From contig CAWELD010000003.1 in assembly GCA_963809895.1 (NCBI GenBank), forward strand, positions 864,001 to 928,000: 64,000 nucleotides of DNA. Reading direction: 5' to 3'. Source of the DNA: an uncultured Gemmatimonadales bacterium. Lineage in GTDB: Bacteria > Gemmatimonadota > Gemmatimonadetes > Longimicrobiales > Gaopeijiaceae. Of this stretch, positions 27,727 to 37,082 are shown piece after piece. The stretch's first letter is position 1. Every line of letters starts with the position of its first letter. Made by a program: the position numbers and the translations under genes. The notes under the pieces were generated by a model that saw nothing but the letters and a program-made list of their open reading frames with translations, was not told the DNA's origin and made no database searches.

Positions 27727-29055
27727 ATGGACCTCCACGCAGGCCGGTCTCTCCACGCGTGCGAGATCGCCGAGCTCCTCTCGGAAGCCCGCCAGCGCAC
27801 CCTCCTTCTGGTGGCTCCGCTCACCGACGACGAGCTCCGTCGGCAGCACGATCCCCTCATGAGTCCCATCGTCTGGGATCTGGGCCACATCGCCCACTTC
27901 GAGGAGGTCTGGCTGCTGGAGAACGTGGAGGGTGAGGGCCCGGGAAGCGAGGGTCTGCGGGGGATGTATAACCCGTTCGAGCACCCCCGCTCCACCCGCG
28001 ACACCCTCCCGCTGCCGGGGCTGCGCGACGTCCGGGAGATCCTCGGGCGGGTCCGCAGAGCCGTCCTGGACCGGCTGACGACGCTGCCGCTCGAAGGCGA
28101 TCAGCCCCTCCTGCGCGACGGGTTCGTCTTCCGCATGGTGCTCCAGCACGAGTACCAGCACTGCGAGACGATCCTGCAGACGTTGCAGCTCATGCAGGGG
28201 CGCCACTATCCGGCCCCCAGGGCGGTGGTGGTCCCGCGCGCCACCGCTCCCGTCGGCGGCGCGCAGCCCGACGGCATGGTCCGGGTCCCGGGAGGCAGCT
28301 ACACGGTGGGGACCGACGACGCCAGCGAGGCCTACGACAACGAGCGCCCTCGACACCAGGTGTCTCTGGAGTCCTTTCTCATCGACGCGACCCCGGTCAC
28401 CAACGAGCGCTACCTCGAGTTCATGGCGGATGGCGGCTATCGGCGGCGAGAGCTGTGGGCCCCCGAGGGATGGGCGTGGCTCCAGGACGACGGAGCGGCG
28501 GCCCCCCGGCACTGGCGTCGGCAGGACGGCCGCTGGATGGAGCGCTTCATGGACCTGGAGCGGGAGGTGGACCCCCGGCGGCCCGTGTGCCACGTGTGTT
28601 ACTGGGAGGCGGACGCGTGGGCTCGCTGGGCCGGGAAACGGCTCCCCACGGAGCAGGAGTGGGAGGTGGCGGCCTGCTGGGATCCGGAAGGAGGGCGCGC
28701 GCGCCGGTTCCCCTGGGGCGACGAGCCCGCGACCCAGCGTCTGGCCAACGTCGATGCGGCCACCTTCGATACCGCGCCGGTGGGAGCCTACGCCGGCAAC
28801 GTCTCCCCCCTGGGATGCTACGGGATGATCGGCGACGTGTGGGAGTGGACGTCGACGGACTTCCACGGCTATCCGGGCTACCGGACGTTCCCCTACCCGG
28901 AGTATTCGGAGGCCTTCTTCGGCACCGAGTACAAGGTGCTGCGTGGGGGATCCTGGGCGACCCGGGGCGGGGCCGTCCGTGGCACCTTCAGGAACTGGGA
29001 CTATCCCATCCGTCGCCAGATCTTCTCCGGCTTCCGCTGTGCCCGCGATGCTTGA
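27727..29055 (+). CDS. egtB: Ergothioneine sulfoxide synthase (DinB + FGE-sulfatase domains)
   Basis: MSPIVWDLGH and HEYQHCE iron ligands; FPYPEYSEAFF; RNWDYPIRRQIFSGFR, resembling mycobacterial EgtB. Confidence 0.9.
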   Translation: MDLHAGRSLHACEIAELLSEARQRTLLLVAPLTDDELRRQHDPLMSPIVWDLGHIAHFEEVWLLENVEGEGPGSEGLRGMYNPFEHPRSTRDTLPLPGLRDVREILGRVRRAVLDRLTTLPLEGDQPLLRDGFVFRMVLQHEYQHCETILQTLQLMQGRHYPAPRAVVVPRATAPVGGAQPDGMVRVPGGSYTVGTDDASEAYDNERPRHQVSLESFLIDATPVTNERYLEFMADGGYRRRELWAPEGWAWLQDDGAAAPRHWRRQDGRWMERFMDLEREVDPRRPVCHVCYWEADAWARWAGKRLPTEQEWEVAACWDPEGGRARRFPWGDEPATQRLANVDAATFDTAPVGAYAGNVSPLGCYGMIGDVWEWTSTDFHGYPGYRTFPYPEYSEAFFGTEYKVLRGGSWATRGGAVRGTFRNWDYPIRRQIFSGFRCARDA

Positions 29056-30028
29056 CATCGACACCTCGGGGGATGGATCGGCGGAACCCGCCGGGTTGGC
29101 CCGCCTGCGCGATGAGGTATGGGCCGGACTGCACCGCCGCGAGCTCAGCTCCAAGTGGTTCTACGACACCCGCGGCTCGCAGCTCTTCGAGGCCATCACC
29201 CGGTTGCCCGAGTATTACCCCACCCGCACCGAGCAGGCGCTCCTGGAGCGACACACGCCTCGCTGGATGGAGCGTGTGCGCCCGGCGTGCATCCTGGAGC
29301 TGGGAGCCGGTAGCGCCCGCAAGACGAGGGTGCTTCTCGACGCCATGGAAGCGGAGCGCCCCAGGGGGAGCTACCTGCCGGTGGACGTGAGCGCGGAGTT
29401 CCTCGACGCCACCGCAGAGGAGCTGAGGCGCGAATACCCCGATCTCACGGTGGAGCCCGTGGTCGCGGATCTGTCCAGGCCGTTGCGCCTCGACCGGTCC
29501 ATGCCACGCCCGCTGCTGGCGGCGCTCCTGGGTAGCACCATCGGCAACTTCCGGCCCCTGGCCGCGGTGCGGCTCCTCGGCGGCCTCGCCGGACTCATGC
29601 GTCCGGGCGACCGCTTCCTCATGGGCGCGGATCTTCGCCCCGGGCCCGGCAAGTCGCGGGGGGTGCTCGAGGCGGCGTACAACGACGCCGCCGGGGTCAC
29701 GGCCGAGTTCAACCTGAACATGCTGCGCCGCCTCAATCGCGAGGCTGGCACCGATTTCGACCTGTCCGCCTTTCGGCATCACGCCTGCTACGACGACGTA
29801 CAGGGACGCATCGAGATGTACCTGGTGCCTCAGCGCGACGTGCGCGTGAACGTTCCCGGGCGCGGGGCCGTGGCACTCGCCGCCGGCGAGGGACTGCGCA
29901 CCGAGATCTCGTGCAAGTACGATCTGGAGACCGTCGAGGCGCTCTTCGACGAGTCGGGTCTGGCGGTGGACGACTGGGTCACCGACGAGGGCCAGCGGTA
30001 CGCACTCGCCCTGGGGAGGCTCCGCTGA
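29048..30028 (+). CDS. egtD: L-histidine N-alpha-trimethyltransferase
   Basis: KWFYDTRGSQLFEAITRLPEYYPTRTE, ELGAG, GSTIGN, AYND, TEISCKY. Confidence 0.95.
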   Translation: MLDIDTSGDGSAEPAGLARLRDEVWAGLHRRELSSKWFYDTRGSQLFEAITRLPEYYPTRTEQALLERHTPRWMERVRPACILELGAGSARKTRVLLDAMEAERPRGSYLPVDVSAEFLDATAEELRREYPDLTVEPVVADLSRPLRLDRSMPRPLLAALLGSTIGNFRPLAAVRLLGGLAGLMRPGDRFLMGADLRPGPGKSRGVLEAAYNDAAGVTAEFNLNMLRRLNREAGTDFDLSAFRHHACYDDVQGRIEMYLVPQRDVRVNVPGRGAVALAAGEGLRTEISCKYDLETVEALFDESGLAVDDWVTDEGQRYALALGRLR

Positions 30029-30033
30029 ATCCC

Positions 30034-31290
30034 GTGGGAGCGGCGCTCGAGACCGGCGCGCTGGAAGCCGACGTGCGCCGGCGCCTCTTCCAGGCGCCCG
30101 ATCCGTCCGCGCCGTTTCGGTTGGGAATGGAGGCGGAGGTGATCCCTCTGGACGCGGACAGTGGGCGCCCGTGTCCCATCGAGCCGTCGCCGGTGGAGCC
30201 GGGTGTGCGGCCGTCGGGGCCCGTCCTGCGTGCCTGGGCACGCCGCCGGGGCTGGTCCGAGACGAAGTCCGCGGCCGGCGCGCCCGCGTTTCGCGATCCC
30301 CGGGGCCGCCTCCTGTCGTTCGAGCCGGGTGGGCAGATCGAGTACAGCTCGCCCACGGCCGCCGATGCCGGGAGTCTGTTGGCCGACGTGCGCGCCGTGC
30401 TGGAGCCCCTGGCCGGCGAAGCGCTGGACGCGGGCATCCGGCTGCTGGCGCGCGGCATGGACCCCGACACGCCGGTGGCAGCCACCGCGCTCCGGGTGGA
30501 CGCCGACCGTTACCGTCGCATGAGCGCGCACTACGATCGGCACGGCCCCGCCGGCCGTCGAATGATGCGGCAGACGGCCGCGTTGCACCTGAACCTGGAC
30601 CTCGGAGCGCACCCTCGGGAGCGTTGGTGGGTCGCCAACGCACTGGTGCCCGCGTTGATCGCCCTGTTCGCGAACTCACCCCGCGCGGAGGGTCGTGCTT
30701 CGGGGTTTCGCAGCACGCGAGCCCAGCAATGGCGTGAGCTGGATCCGGCACGGACCGGCGTCCAGGGAAGGGAGGAGGATCCCGAGGCGGCTTACCTGGC
30801 GTTCGCCCTGGACGCTCCTGCCTTCCTCCTGGGTCCGGAGGATGGGCTCGCCCGATCGTTCCGGAGCTGGGCGGCCTCCGGTGCCGATACCGCCGACTGG
30901 CGCACACACCTGACCACGCTGTTCCCGGAAGTGCGTCCCCGGGGCTACCTGGAACTGCGCTGCCTGGACGCGCTCCCCCTCCGCTGGTACGGGGCGCCCC
31001 TGGCCCTGTGCACCGGGGTGCTGTGGAACGAGCCGACGCTGCGGGAGTCGCTGGAGGCATTGCCCGCGGCCGACGCGCACATCCTCGAACGGGCGGGACG
31101 CCACGGCCTGGCCGACCCGGAGGTCGCGGCGCGCGCCGCCCTGGCGCTGGACCTGGCGCTGACCGGTCTCCGACGCATGGGCGACGATGGATGGCCGGGC
31201 GGGGCGGACCTGCTCCAGGAGTTCCGCGACCGCTTCACGGCCTGCGGCATGGATCCCGGCCACGACGCGGCCGAGGACCTGCTGGACTGA
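30034..31290 (+). CDS. egtA: Glutamate-cysteine ligase (GCS2 family), EgtA-like
   Basis: GMEAE, SFEPGGQIEYSS, MMRQTAALHLNLD, FANSP, HLTTLFPEVRPRGYLELR. Start uncertain (30025-30034). Confidence 0.85.
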   Translation: MGAALETGALEADVRRRLFQAPDPSAPFRLGMEAEVIPLDADSGRPCPIEPSPVEPGVRPSGPVLRAWARRRGWSETKSAAGAPAFRDPRGRLLSFEPGGQIEYSSPTAADAGSLLADVRAVLEPLAGEALDAGIRLLARGMDPDTPVAATALRVDADRYRRMSAHYDRHGPAGRRMMRQTAALHLNLDLGAHPRERWWVANALVPALIALFANSPRAEGRASGFRSTRAQQWRELDPARTGVQGREEDPEAAYLAFALDAPAFLLGPEDGLARSFRSWAASGADTADWRTHLTTLFPEVRPRGYLELRCLDALPLRWYGAPLALCTGVLWNEPTLRESLEALPAADAHILERAGRHGLADPEVAARAALALDLALTGLRRMGDDGWPGGADLLQEFRDRFTACGMDPGHDAAEDLLD

Positions 31291-31292
31291 GC

Positions 31293-32084
31293 TCAGGGCA
31301 CCAGCACGGTCTGCCCGGCCGACGACGCGATGGCCGCCCCGAGGGGCACCGGCCGCCACGACGGATCCCCGTCCAACGCCTCGGAGGCGATCAACACGCC
31401 CCCGGAGGCCAGCGAGGCGCCGACCGACCAGTAGAGGGAGTTGCAGCGACCCTGACCCGCGGCGGCGTTCAGAACCCACACGCCGTCGGGCGCGGCCAGC
31501 GCCATGGTGAGGGGCGCCCACTCGCCGTCGTCCAGACGCCCCTCGACCTGCGCCACGACGGCCCTCAGAGCCTGGACCGGCTCCAGACCGGCTTCGAGCT
31601 GGGCCACCACCAGCAGGAAGAGCGTCTCCGCATCGCTCACGCCCTGGAGGGCGGCGTACAGGTCGTCCGGAAGGGCGGAGCGGAGGGCCCGCATGTGGCG
31701 CTCGCGGAAATCCGGCACCCAGCCGTTCAGCACGAAGGACCGCCTTCCGTGCACCAGCGGCAGCAGGCCGGCCCGGTCCACGGGCAGACCCGGGGTCGCG
31801 TTGCGCAGCGCGGCGAGAACGACGGTGGAGCGAACCGCGCCCAGCACCTGGCGAAGGTCTGGATCGTGCCAGATGGGCTCGGTGCGGGCGATCCGTGCGG
31901 GCGCGGCGGGCTCGTCCGCGCCCCCGGCCTCGGGATACCAGACCACCCCGTAGCCGTCGACGTTGACCGACCCGCTCAACAGCTCGCGCGGGGCCCAGCT
32001 CTGCTCGTAGAGCGAATGGTCGCCTCCGAACACCGCGCGCTCGGGCGAAAGGGCGGTGCCGTGATACGCCACCAGCCGGCACAT
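31293..32084 (-). CDS. egtC: Class II glutamine amidotransferase, gamma-glutamyl-hercynylcysteine sulfoxide hydrolase
   Basis: MCRLVAYHG, SLYEQSWAPRE, NVDGYGVVWY, LRNATPG, SDAE, IASEAL. Confidence 0.85.
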   Translation of the reverse strand: MCRLVAYHGTALSPERAVFGGDHSLYEQSWAPRELLSGSVNVDGYGVVWYPEAGGADEPAAPARIARTEPIWHDPDLRQVLGAVRSTVVLAALRNATPGLPVDRAGLLPLVHGRRSFVLNGWVPDFRERHMRALRSALPDDLYAALQGVSDAETLFLLVVAQLEAGLEPVQALRAVVAQVEGRLDDGEWAPLTMALAAPDGVWVLNAAAGQGRCNSLYWSVGASLASGGVLIASEALDGDPSWRPVPLGAAIASSAGQTVLVP

Positions 32085-33073
32085 CAGGAGGGCCCGGGGG
32101 CGCCGGCCCCCGCAAGGAGGCCCGGCAGGTCGTCCAGGCCCACGTTTCCACCGGACAGGACGGCCACCACCACCGACTCGGGCTCGAGGTGGACGGCGCC
32201 GGCGAGGAGGGCGGCGACGCCCGCGGCGCCGGCGGGCTCCACGAGCTGCTTCTCGGCCTCCAGCAGGCGGGCCAGACCGTGCAGGATCGCCCGGTCGGAC
32301 AGCGCCACCATGGTCTCCACGTGGTCCCGGACCACGGGATAGGTGCGCTGGCCGGCCATGGGAGCCCCCAGCCCGTCGGCCACCGTGTCCACGCGTTCGA
32401 GACGTACGGCCCGCCCCTCCTCCAGGCTCGCCCCCATGCCGCGGGCACCGGTGGGCTCCACGCCGACCACCCGCGTATCGGGCGAGGCCAGCGCCAGCGC
32501 GCCCGCGATGCCGGCGATGAGGCCGCCTCCGCCCACGGGCACCACCACCAGATCCGGCGCCGGGTCGAGCTGGTCCAGGATCTCCATGGCGATCGTGCCC
32601 GTGCCCTCGAGAATCTCCGGATCGTCGAAGGGATGCACGAGGGTGCGTTCTTCCCGGTCGCGGATCTCGAAGCAGCGCTCGAGCGCCTCGAAGACGTTGC
32701 CGTGCAGCACCACGTTCGCCCCGTGCGCTCGGCAGGCCGCCACCTTGACCCGGGACGCGGTCTCAGGCATGACCACGGTGGCGTCGATCCCGGCCCGGGC
32801 CGCGGCCCAGGCCACGGCTGCCGCGTGGTTGCCCGCCGAGATGGTCACCACGCCCCGTGCGCGGGCGTCGGCGTCCAGGCTCAGCATCCGGTGCAACGCG
32901 CCCCGCACCTTGAACGACCCGGTGGGCTGGAGATGCTCGCACTTGAGGTGCATGCGCACGCCGAGGGAGGCGGACAGCCGCGGTGCGTGAAGCAGAGGTG
33001 ACACGGGCACGACGCCCCGGAGGCGCTCCCGGGCGGCGGCCACGTCCTGGAGGGTGAAGGGCGGGTGGGGCAC
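32084..33073 (-). CDS. PLP-dependent threonine/serine dehydratase-family enzyme
   Basis: LKCEHLQPTGSFKVRG, SAGNHA, PVGGGGL, VEPAG, SGGN; GTG start with GAGGAG SD; stop overlaps the egtC start (TGATG). Confidence 0.85.
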   Translation of the reverse strand: MPHPPFTLQDVAAARERLRGVVPVSPLLHAPRLSASLGVRMHLKCEHLQPTGSFKVRGALHRMLSLDADARARGVVTISAGNHAAAVAWAAARAGIDATVVMPETASRVKVAACRAHGANVVLHGNVFEALERCFEIRDREERTLVHPFDDPEILEGTGTIAMEILDQLDPAPDLVVVPVGGGGLIAGIAGALALASPDTRVVGVEPTGARGMGASLEEGRAVRLERVDTVADGLGAPMAGQRTYPVVRDHVETMVALSDRAILHGLARLLEAEKQLVEPAGAAGVAALLAGAVHLEPESVVVAVLSGGNVGLDDLPGLLAGAGAPGPS

Positions 33074-33179
33074 GAAAGGCTCCTCAGGGGGATCGGTGGA
33101 CCTGTGAACCTCGGAGGGTGGTGGTCGTCTCGCCAGGGCTGGGCCCCGCGCAAAGCGGGGATCGGGTGGCTCGTATCGC

Positions 33180-33208
33180 TCGACCTTGCGCCGGAAATGT
33201 GGTATGTT
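33180..33208 (+). promoter_or_regulatory. Promoter for TBDR-trxC-argR
   Basis: TCGACC-17-TATGTT with extended -10 TGn. Confidence 0.45.
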
Positions 33209-33293
33209 CGCAGCGCTTTCGCGCCCGGCGGGTGGACCCCCTCCCGACACGTCACGCCGGACGGCCCGCGAATTCTCGATCCGAGGTGACTCC

Positions 33294-35981
33294 ATGCGCG
33301 CCATCACGCGTTCCCTCCTGGTCTTTCTCCTTGCGGGATCCTCATTGCTGGTCCCGCCACTCGCGGCCCAGCAGACCGGTGTCATCGCCGGCATGGTCCG
33401 CGATGCCGAGACCGGCCAGCCGCTGGCCACAGCCCAGGTCCAGGTGCTGGGCGCCGGCGAAGCGCAGGCGGGGGGCATCCTGAGCAACCAGTCCGGCACC
33501 TTCCGGCTGCAGCTCGCTCCGGGCACCTACTCGCTGGTGGCTGTTCTGGTAGGGTACCGTCAGGCACGCGTGGACGGTGTGGAGGTGACGGCGGGGGCTA
33601 CCACCGACGCCACCATCGAGATGACGTCCGATGCCTTCGAGCTGAATCCGGTGGTGGTGACCGCATCGCGCGGCCGGCAGGAGAAGGCTCTGGAATCACC
33701 CTCCACCATCGTCACCATCCCTCGGCAGCAGGTCCAGGAGCGGGCGGCTTTGAGTCCCGTGGAACACGTCAAGGCGCTGCCGGGCGTGGACATCTCCCAG
33801 ACCGGACTCACCCAGAGCAACGTGGTCACCCGGGGATTCAACAACATCTTCTCGGGCGCGCTGCTGGTGATGACGGACAACCGCTACGCCCACGTGCCGT
33901 CGCTCCGTTTCAACGCCTACAACATGATCCCGGCCACGCAGTTCGACGTGGAGCGCATGGAGGTGCTGCTGGGACCGGCAGCGGCGCTGTACGGCCCGAA
34001 CTCCGCCGACGGCGTGCTGCACATCATCACCACCTCGCCCATCGACGACCCAGGCACCAAGGTGAGCTTCACGGGCGGAGAGCGGTCGGTCTTCCAGACG
34101 CAGTTCCGGACCGCCTACAAGTTCAGCGAGACCGCCGGCTTCAAGGTCTCGGGCCAGTACTTCAAGGGTGACGACTGGGTCTTCCACGACCCGGTGGAGG
34201 ACTCGCTTGCGGCGCTCCCCGGCGCCGATCCCCTCATCGGCAAGCGCAACTTCGACGCCGAGCGCTGGGGAGGCGAGGCGCGTCTCGACCTGCGCCCATG
34301 GGACGACGGCGAGCTCATCTTCACCGCCGGGTACAACAACCTGGCGCACAGCATCGAGCTCACCGGCGTCGGTGCGGGGCAGGCCGACGGCTGGGGCTAC
34401 GGATACGGCCAGGTGCGCCTGCGCAAGGGCCGCCTCTTCACCCAGGCGTACATCAACCAGAGCAACGCCGGCGACTCGTACCTGCTGCGCACCGGCCAAC
34501 CCATCGTCGACAAGTCGCGCATGATGGTGGCCCAGATCCAGCACGGACTCTCCATCGGTGACCGCCAGGACTTCATCTACGGTCTGGACCTCCAGCGCAC
34601 CGAGCCCCGCACCGAGGGGACCATCACCGGGCGCAACGAGAACGACGACATCATCGACGAGGTGGGCGGCTACCTGCATTCCGAGACCTCGCTCTCGGAC
34701 AAGGTGGATCTGGTGGCGGCGCTGCGCATCGATCACCACAGCCGGCTCGAGGACCTGGTCTTCTCACCCCGGGCCGCCATCGTCTTCAAGCCCGTGGAGG
34801 ACCAGAACTTCCGCGTAACCTTCAACCGCGCCTTCTCCACGCCGACCACGAACAACCTCTTCCTGGATCTGCTCGCGGCTCGCATTCCGCTCAACGCGCA
34901 GGTCGGTTACGACGTGCGCACCCTGGGCGTGCCCGAGACGGGCTTCACCTTCGACGACACCTGCCAGGGCGGGCTGCAGGGCTACTGCATGTACAGCCCC
35001 TTCGCGCCCGGCACTCAGCTTCCGGCCAACGCCGCGCTGTTGTGGGACGGCCTGGTGCAGGCCCTGGTGCCCGCCCAGCTCCAGCCGGCGCTGCTCATGC
35101 CCGGAACCCAGCCCGGCGATCCCGCGCTCGCGTCGGTGTTCCGGCGCTTCAACCAGGAGCAGCTCACCTTCCTGCCCGATGACGGCCCGGAAGCCATCGA
35201 TCGCATCAAGCCCACCATCTCCAACACCTTCGAGGTGGGCTACAAGGGGATTCTGGGCGATCGCCTCCTCATCGCCGCCGACATCTACTCGAGCCGCGTC
35301 AAGGACTTCGTGGGCCCGCTGCGCGTCGAGACGCCCAGCGTGTTCTTCGACGCGGCCTCGGTGCAGGCCTTCGTGTTGAAGCGGCTGGGCCCCCTCATCC
35401 AGGGCGGGTTGGTCACGCAGCAGGAGGCCGCTCAGATCATCGCCGGAATCGCCATGGTTCCAGTCGGGACCGTGGCGCCGGATCAGAACGGCAACCCGGA
35501 TCTGATCCTCACGTACCGGAACTTCGGCGACGTGGACCTGTGGGGCGCCGACCTCTCGTTCCAGTTCCTGGCCACCGACGCGCTCAGCTTCAGCGGCTCG
35601 TACTCGCGGGTGAGCGACGAGTGCTTCCGGTTCAGCGAAGGCACCAGCGACGCAGATTGCACGAGCCCCCTGGACATCGCCCTCAACGCGCCCAAGAACA
35701 AGGGATCGCTGGGCGTGCGCTGGGAGGACAAGCTCCTGGGGATCAGCGCCGAGGGGCGCGTCCGCTTCTCCGAGTCGTTCCCCATGAATTCGGGCGTGTA
35801 CACGGGAACCGTCGACGGCTATACCGTGGTGGACGCCAACGTGGGCTACCGCTTCCGCGCGCTGGCGGGGGCCTCCGTCAGCCTGACCGCCACCAACCTC
35901 TTCGACGACGTGCATCGGGAGTTCGTGGGCGCCCCGCGGCTCGGGCGTCTCCTCCTGCTCCGCATGCAGTACGCCTTCTGA
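33294..35981 (+). CDS. TonB-dependent receptor
   Basis: Signal peptide, carboxypeptidase-regulatory-like N-domain, VVVTASR TonB box, plug (ERMEVLLGPAAALYG), TNLFD, terminal Phe. Confidence 0.9.
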   Translation: MRAITRSLLVFLLAGSSLLVPPLAAQQTGVIAGMVRDAETGQPLATAQVQVLGAGEAQAGGILSNQSGTFRLQLAPGTYSLVAVLVGYRQARVDGVEVTAGATTDATIEMTSDAFELNPVVVTASRGRQEKALESPSTIVTIPRQQVQERAALSPVEHVKALPGVDISQTGLTQSNVVTRGFNNIFSGALLVMTDNRYAHVPSLRFNAYNMIPATQFDVERMEVLLGPAAALYGPNSADGVLHIITTSPIDDPGTKVSFTGGERSVFQTQFRTAYKFSETAGFKVSGQYFKGDDWVFHDPVEDSLAALPGADPLIGKRNFDAERWGGEARLDLRPWDDGELIFTAGYNNLAHSIELTGVGAGQADGWGYGYGQVRLRKGRLFTQAYINQSNAGDSYLLRTGQPIVDKSRMMVAQIQHGLSIGDRQDFIYGLDLQRTEPRTEGTITGRNENDDIIDEVGGYLHSETSLSDKVDLVAALRIDHHSRLEDLVFSPRAAIVFKPVEDQNFRVTFNRAFSTPTTNNLFLDLLAARIPLNAQVGYDVRTLGVPETGFTFDDTCQGGLQGYCMYSPFAPGTQLPANAALLWDGLVQALVPAQLQPALLMPGTQPGDPALASVFRRFNQEQLTFLPDDGPEAIDRIKPTISNTFEVGYKGILGDRLLIAADIYSSRVKDFVGPLRVETPSVFFDAASVQAFVLKRLGPLIQGGLVTQQEAAQIIAGIAMVPVGTVAPDQNGNPDLILTYRNFGDVDLWGADLSFQFLATDALSFSGSYSRVSDECFRFSEGTSDADCTSPLDIALNAPKNKGSLGVRWEDKLLGISAEGRVRFSESFPMNSGVYTGTVDGYTVVDANVGYRFRALAGASVSLTATNLFDDVHREFVGAPRLGRLLLLRMQYAF

Positions 35982-36448
35982 TGACCGTGGACACCACCCA
36001 GGCCAGCAACTCCGACACCGGTGAGGTCACCGTCCGCTGTGGGTTCTGTGCGACGAAGAACCGCATCGCTCTGTGGCGGGCGCCCGATCGCCCCAAGTGC
36101 GGCAAGTGTGGTCGGCCCATGCTGCTGGATCGCCCGGTGAAGGTGGACGAGGACGACTTCGACACCACCGTCCTTCAGGCCGGCGGACCGGTCCTGGTGG
36201 ATTTCTATGCGGACTGGTGCGGTCCCTGTCGCATGGCGGCACCGGTGCTCGACGAGTTGGCGGGAACGCACGTGGGCCACCTTCTCGTGGCCAAGGTGGA
36301 CACGGACCGCGCCCCGGGCCTGTCGCAGCGCCTGGGGATTCGCGGCGTGCCCACGATGATTCTCTTCCGCGACGGTGAAGAGGTGGATCGCGTCGTTGGA
36401 TTCGATCCGGGCCGGCTGCGCCAGATGGCGCAGGAGGCAACGGCCTGA
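35981..36448 (+). CDS. trxC: Thioredoxin 2 (zinc-finger thioredoxin)
   Basis: CGFC...CGKC zinc site plus WCGPC active site. Confidence 0.85.
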   Translation: MTVDTTQASNSDTGEVTVRCGFCATKNRIALWRAPDRPKCGKCGRPMLLDRPVKVDEDDFDTTVLQAGGPVLVDFYADWCGPCRMAAPVLDELAGTHVGHLLVAKVDTDRAPGLSQRLGIRGVPTMILFRDGEEVDRVVGFDPGRLRQMAQEATA

Positions 36449-36450
36449 CC

Positions 36451-36906
36451 ATGTCGTCCAAGCGCGAGCGCCAGACGGCCATCATGGAGGTGATCCGCGA
36501 GCACCGGATCACGAGCCAGGAGGGCCTGCGAGAGCTCCTGATGGAGCGTGGCATCGACGTCACCCAGGCCACGGTGTCCCGCGACGTTCGTGAGCTACGT
36601 CTGGTCAAGGTGCCCGACGCCGAGGGCGTCTCGCACTACACGCTGCCCGAGGAGTGGGAGAACACGCCGCCGCTGGAGACGTTGCTGCCTACCCTGTACC
36701 AGTCCGCGGAGGGCACGCGTAACCTGCTGGTGATTCGGACCATGACCGGGGGCGCGCAGGCGGTGGCCCTGGCCATCGACTGGGAGGAGTGGCCCGAGGT
36801 GCTCGGGAGCATCGCCGGCGACGACACCATCCTCCTCATCTGTCGCGAAGACGAGCAGGTGGAGGTGGTCCAGCAGCGTCTGCGGGAGATCGCAGGGCAG
36901 GGCTGA
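36451..36906 (+). CDS. argR: Arginine repressor
   Basis: SQEGL, TQATVSRD, GSIAGDDT. Confidence 0.95.
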   Translation: MSSKRERQTAIMEVIREHRITSQEGLRELLMERGIDVTQATVSRDVRELRLVKVPDAEGVSHYTLPEEWENTPPLETLLPTLYQSAEGTRNLLVIRTMTGGAQAVALAIDWEEWPEVLGSIAGDDTILLICREDEQVEVVQQRLREIAGQG

Positions 36907-36929
36907 GCCGCGGCTGGAAGGAACGAAGG

Positions 36930-36961
36930 AGGCCGACCTCTACGGGGTCGGCTTGTTTTTT
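36930..36961 (+). terminator. Intrinsic terminator after argR
   Basis: AGGCCGACCTC-TAC-GGGGTCGGCTT followed by GTTTTTT. Confidence 0.75.
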
Positions 36962-37043
36962 ATGCACCATCGGCCTTCGCCTTGTGAATCCCCGCGGTCC
37001 GCTACAGGATGGGAGTGGCACTCCCATCGTCCATCGCCCTCGA

Positions 37044-37082
37044 CCCTTGTGTTCATGCAGCAGGAATGTATTTTTATGCCCA
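37044..37082 (+). promoter_or_regulatory. argC promoter with ARG box(es)
   Basis: TTGTGT-16-TATTTT; ARG box AATGTATTTTTATGCCCA (37065-37082) and an upstream ATGCA half-site. Confidence 0.75.

Noticed and set aside
27727..29055. Selenoneine (SenA) or ovothiol (OvoA) synthase
   Set aside because: No SenB glycosyltransferase or SelD-like gene nearby, no C-terminal methyltransferase, and the egtA/C/D context indicates ergothioneine.
36953..36968. Extra ARG box TGTTTTTTATGCA in the argR terminator tail
   Set aside because: One base short of the 14-bp core and explained by the terminator U-tract; only a half-site.
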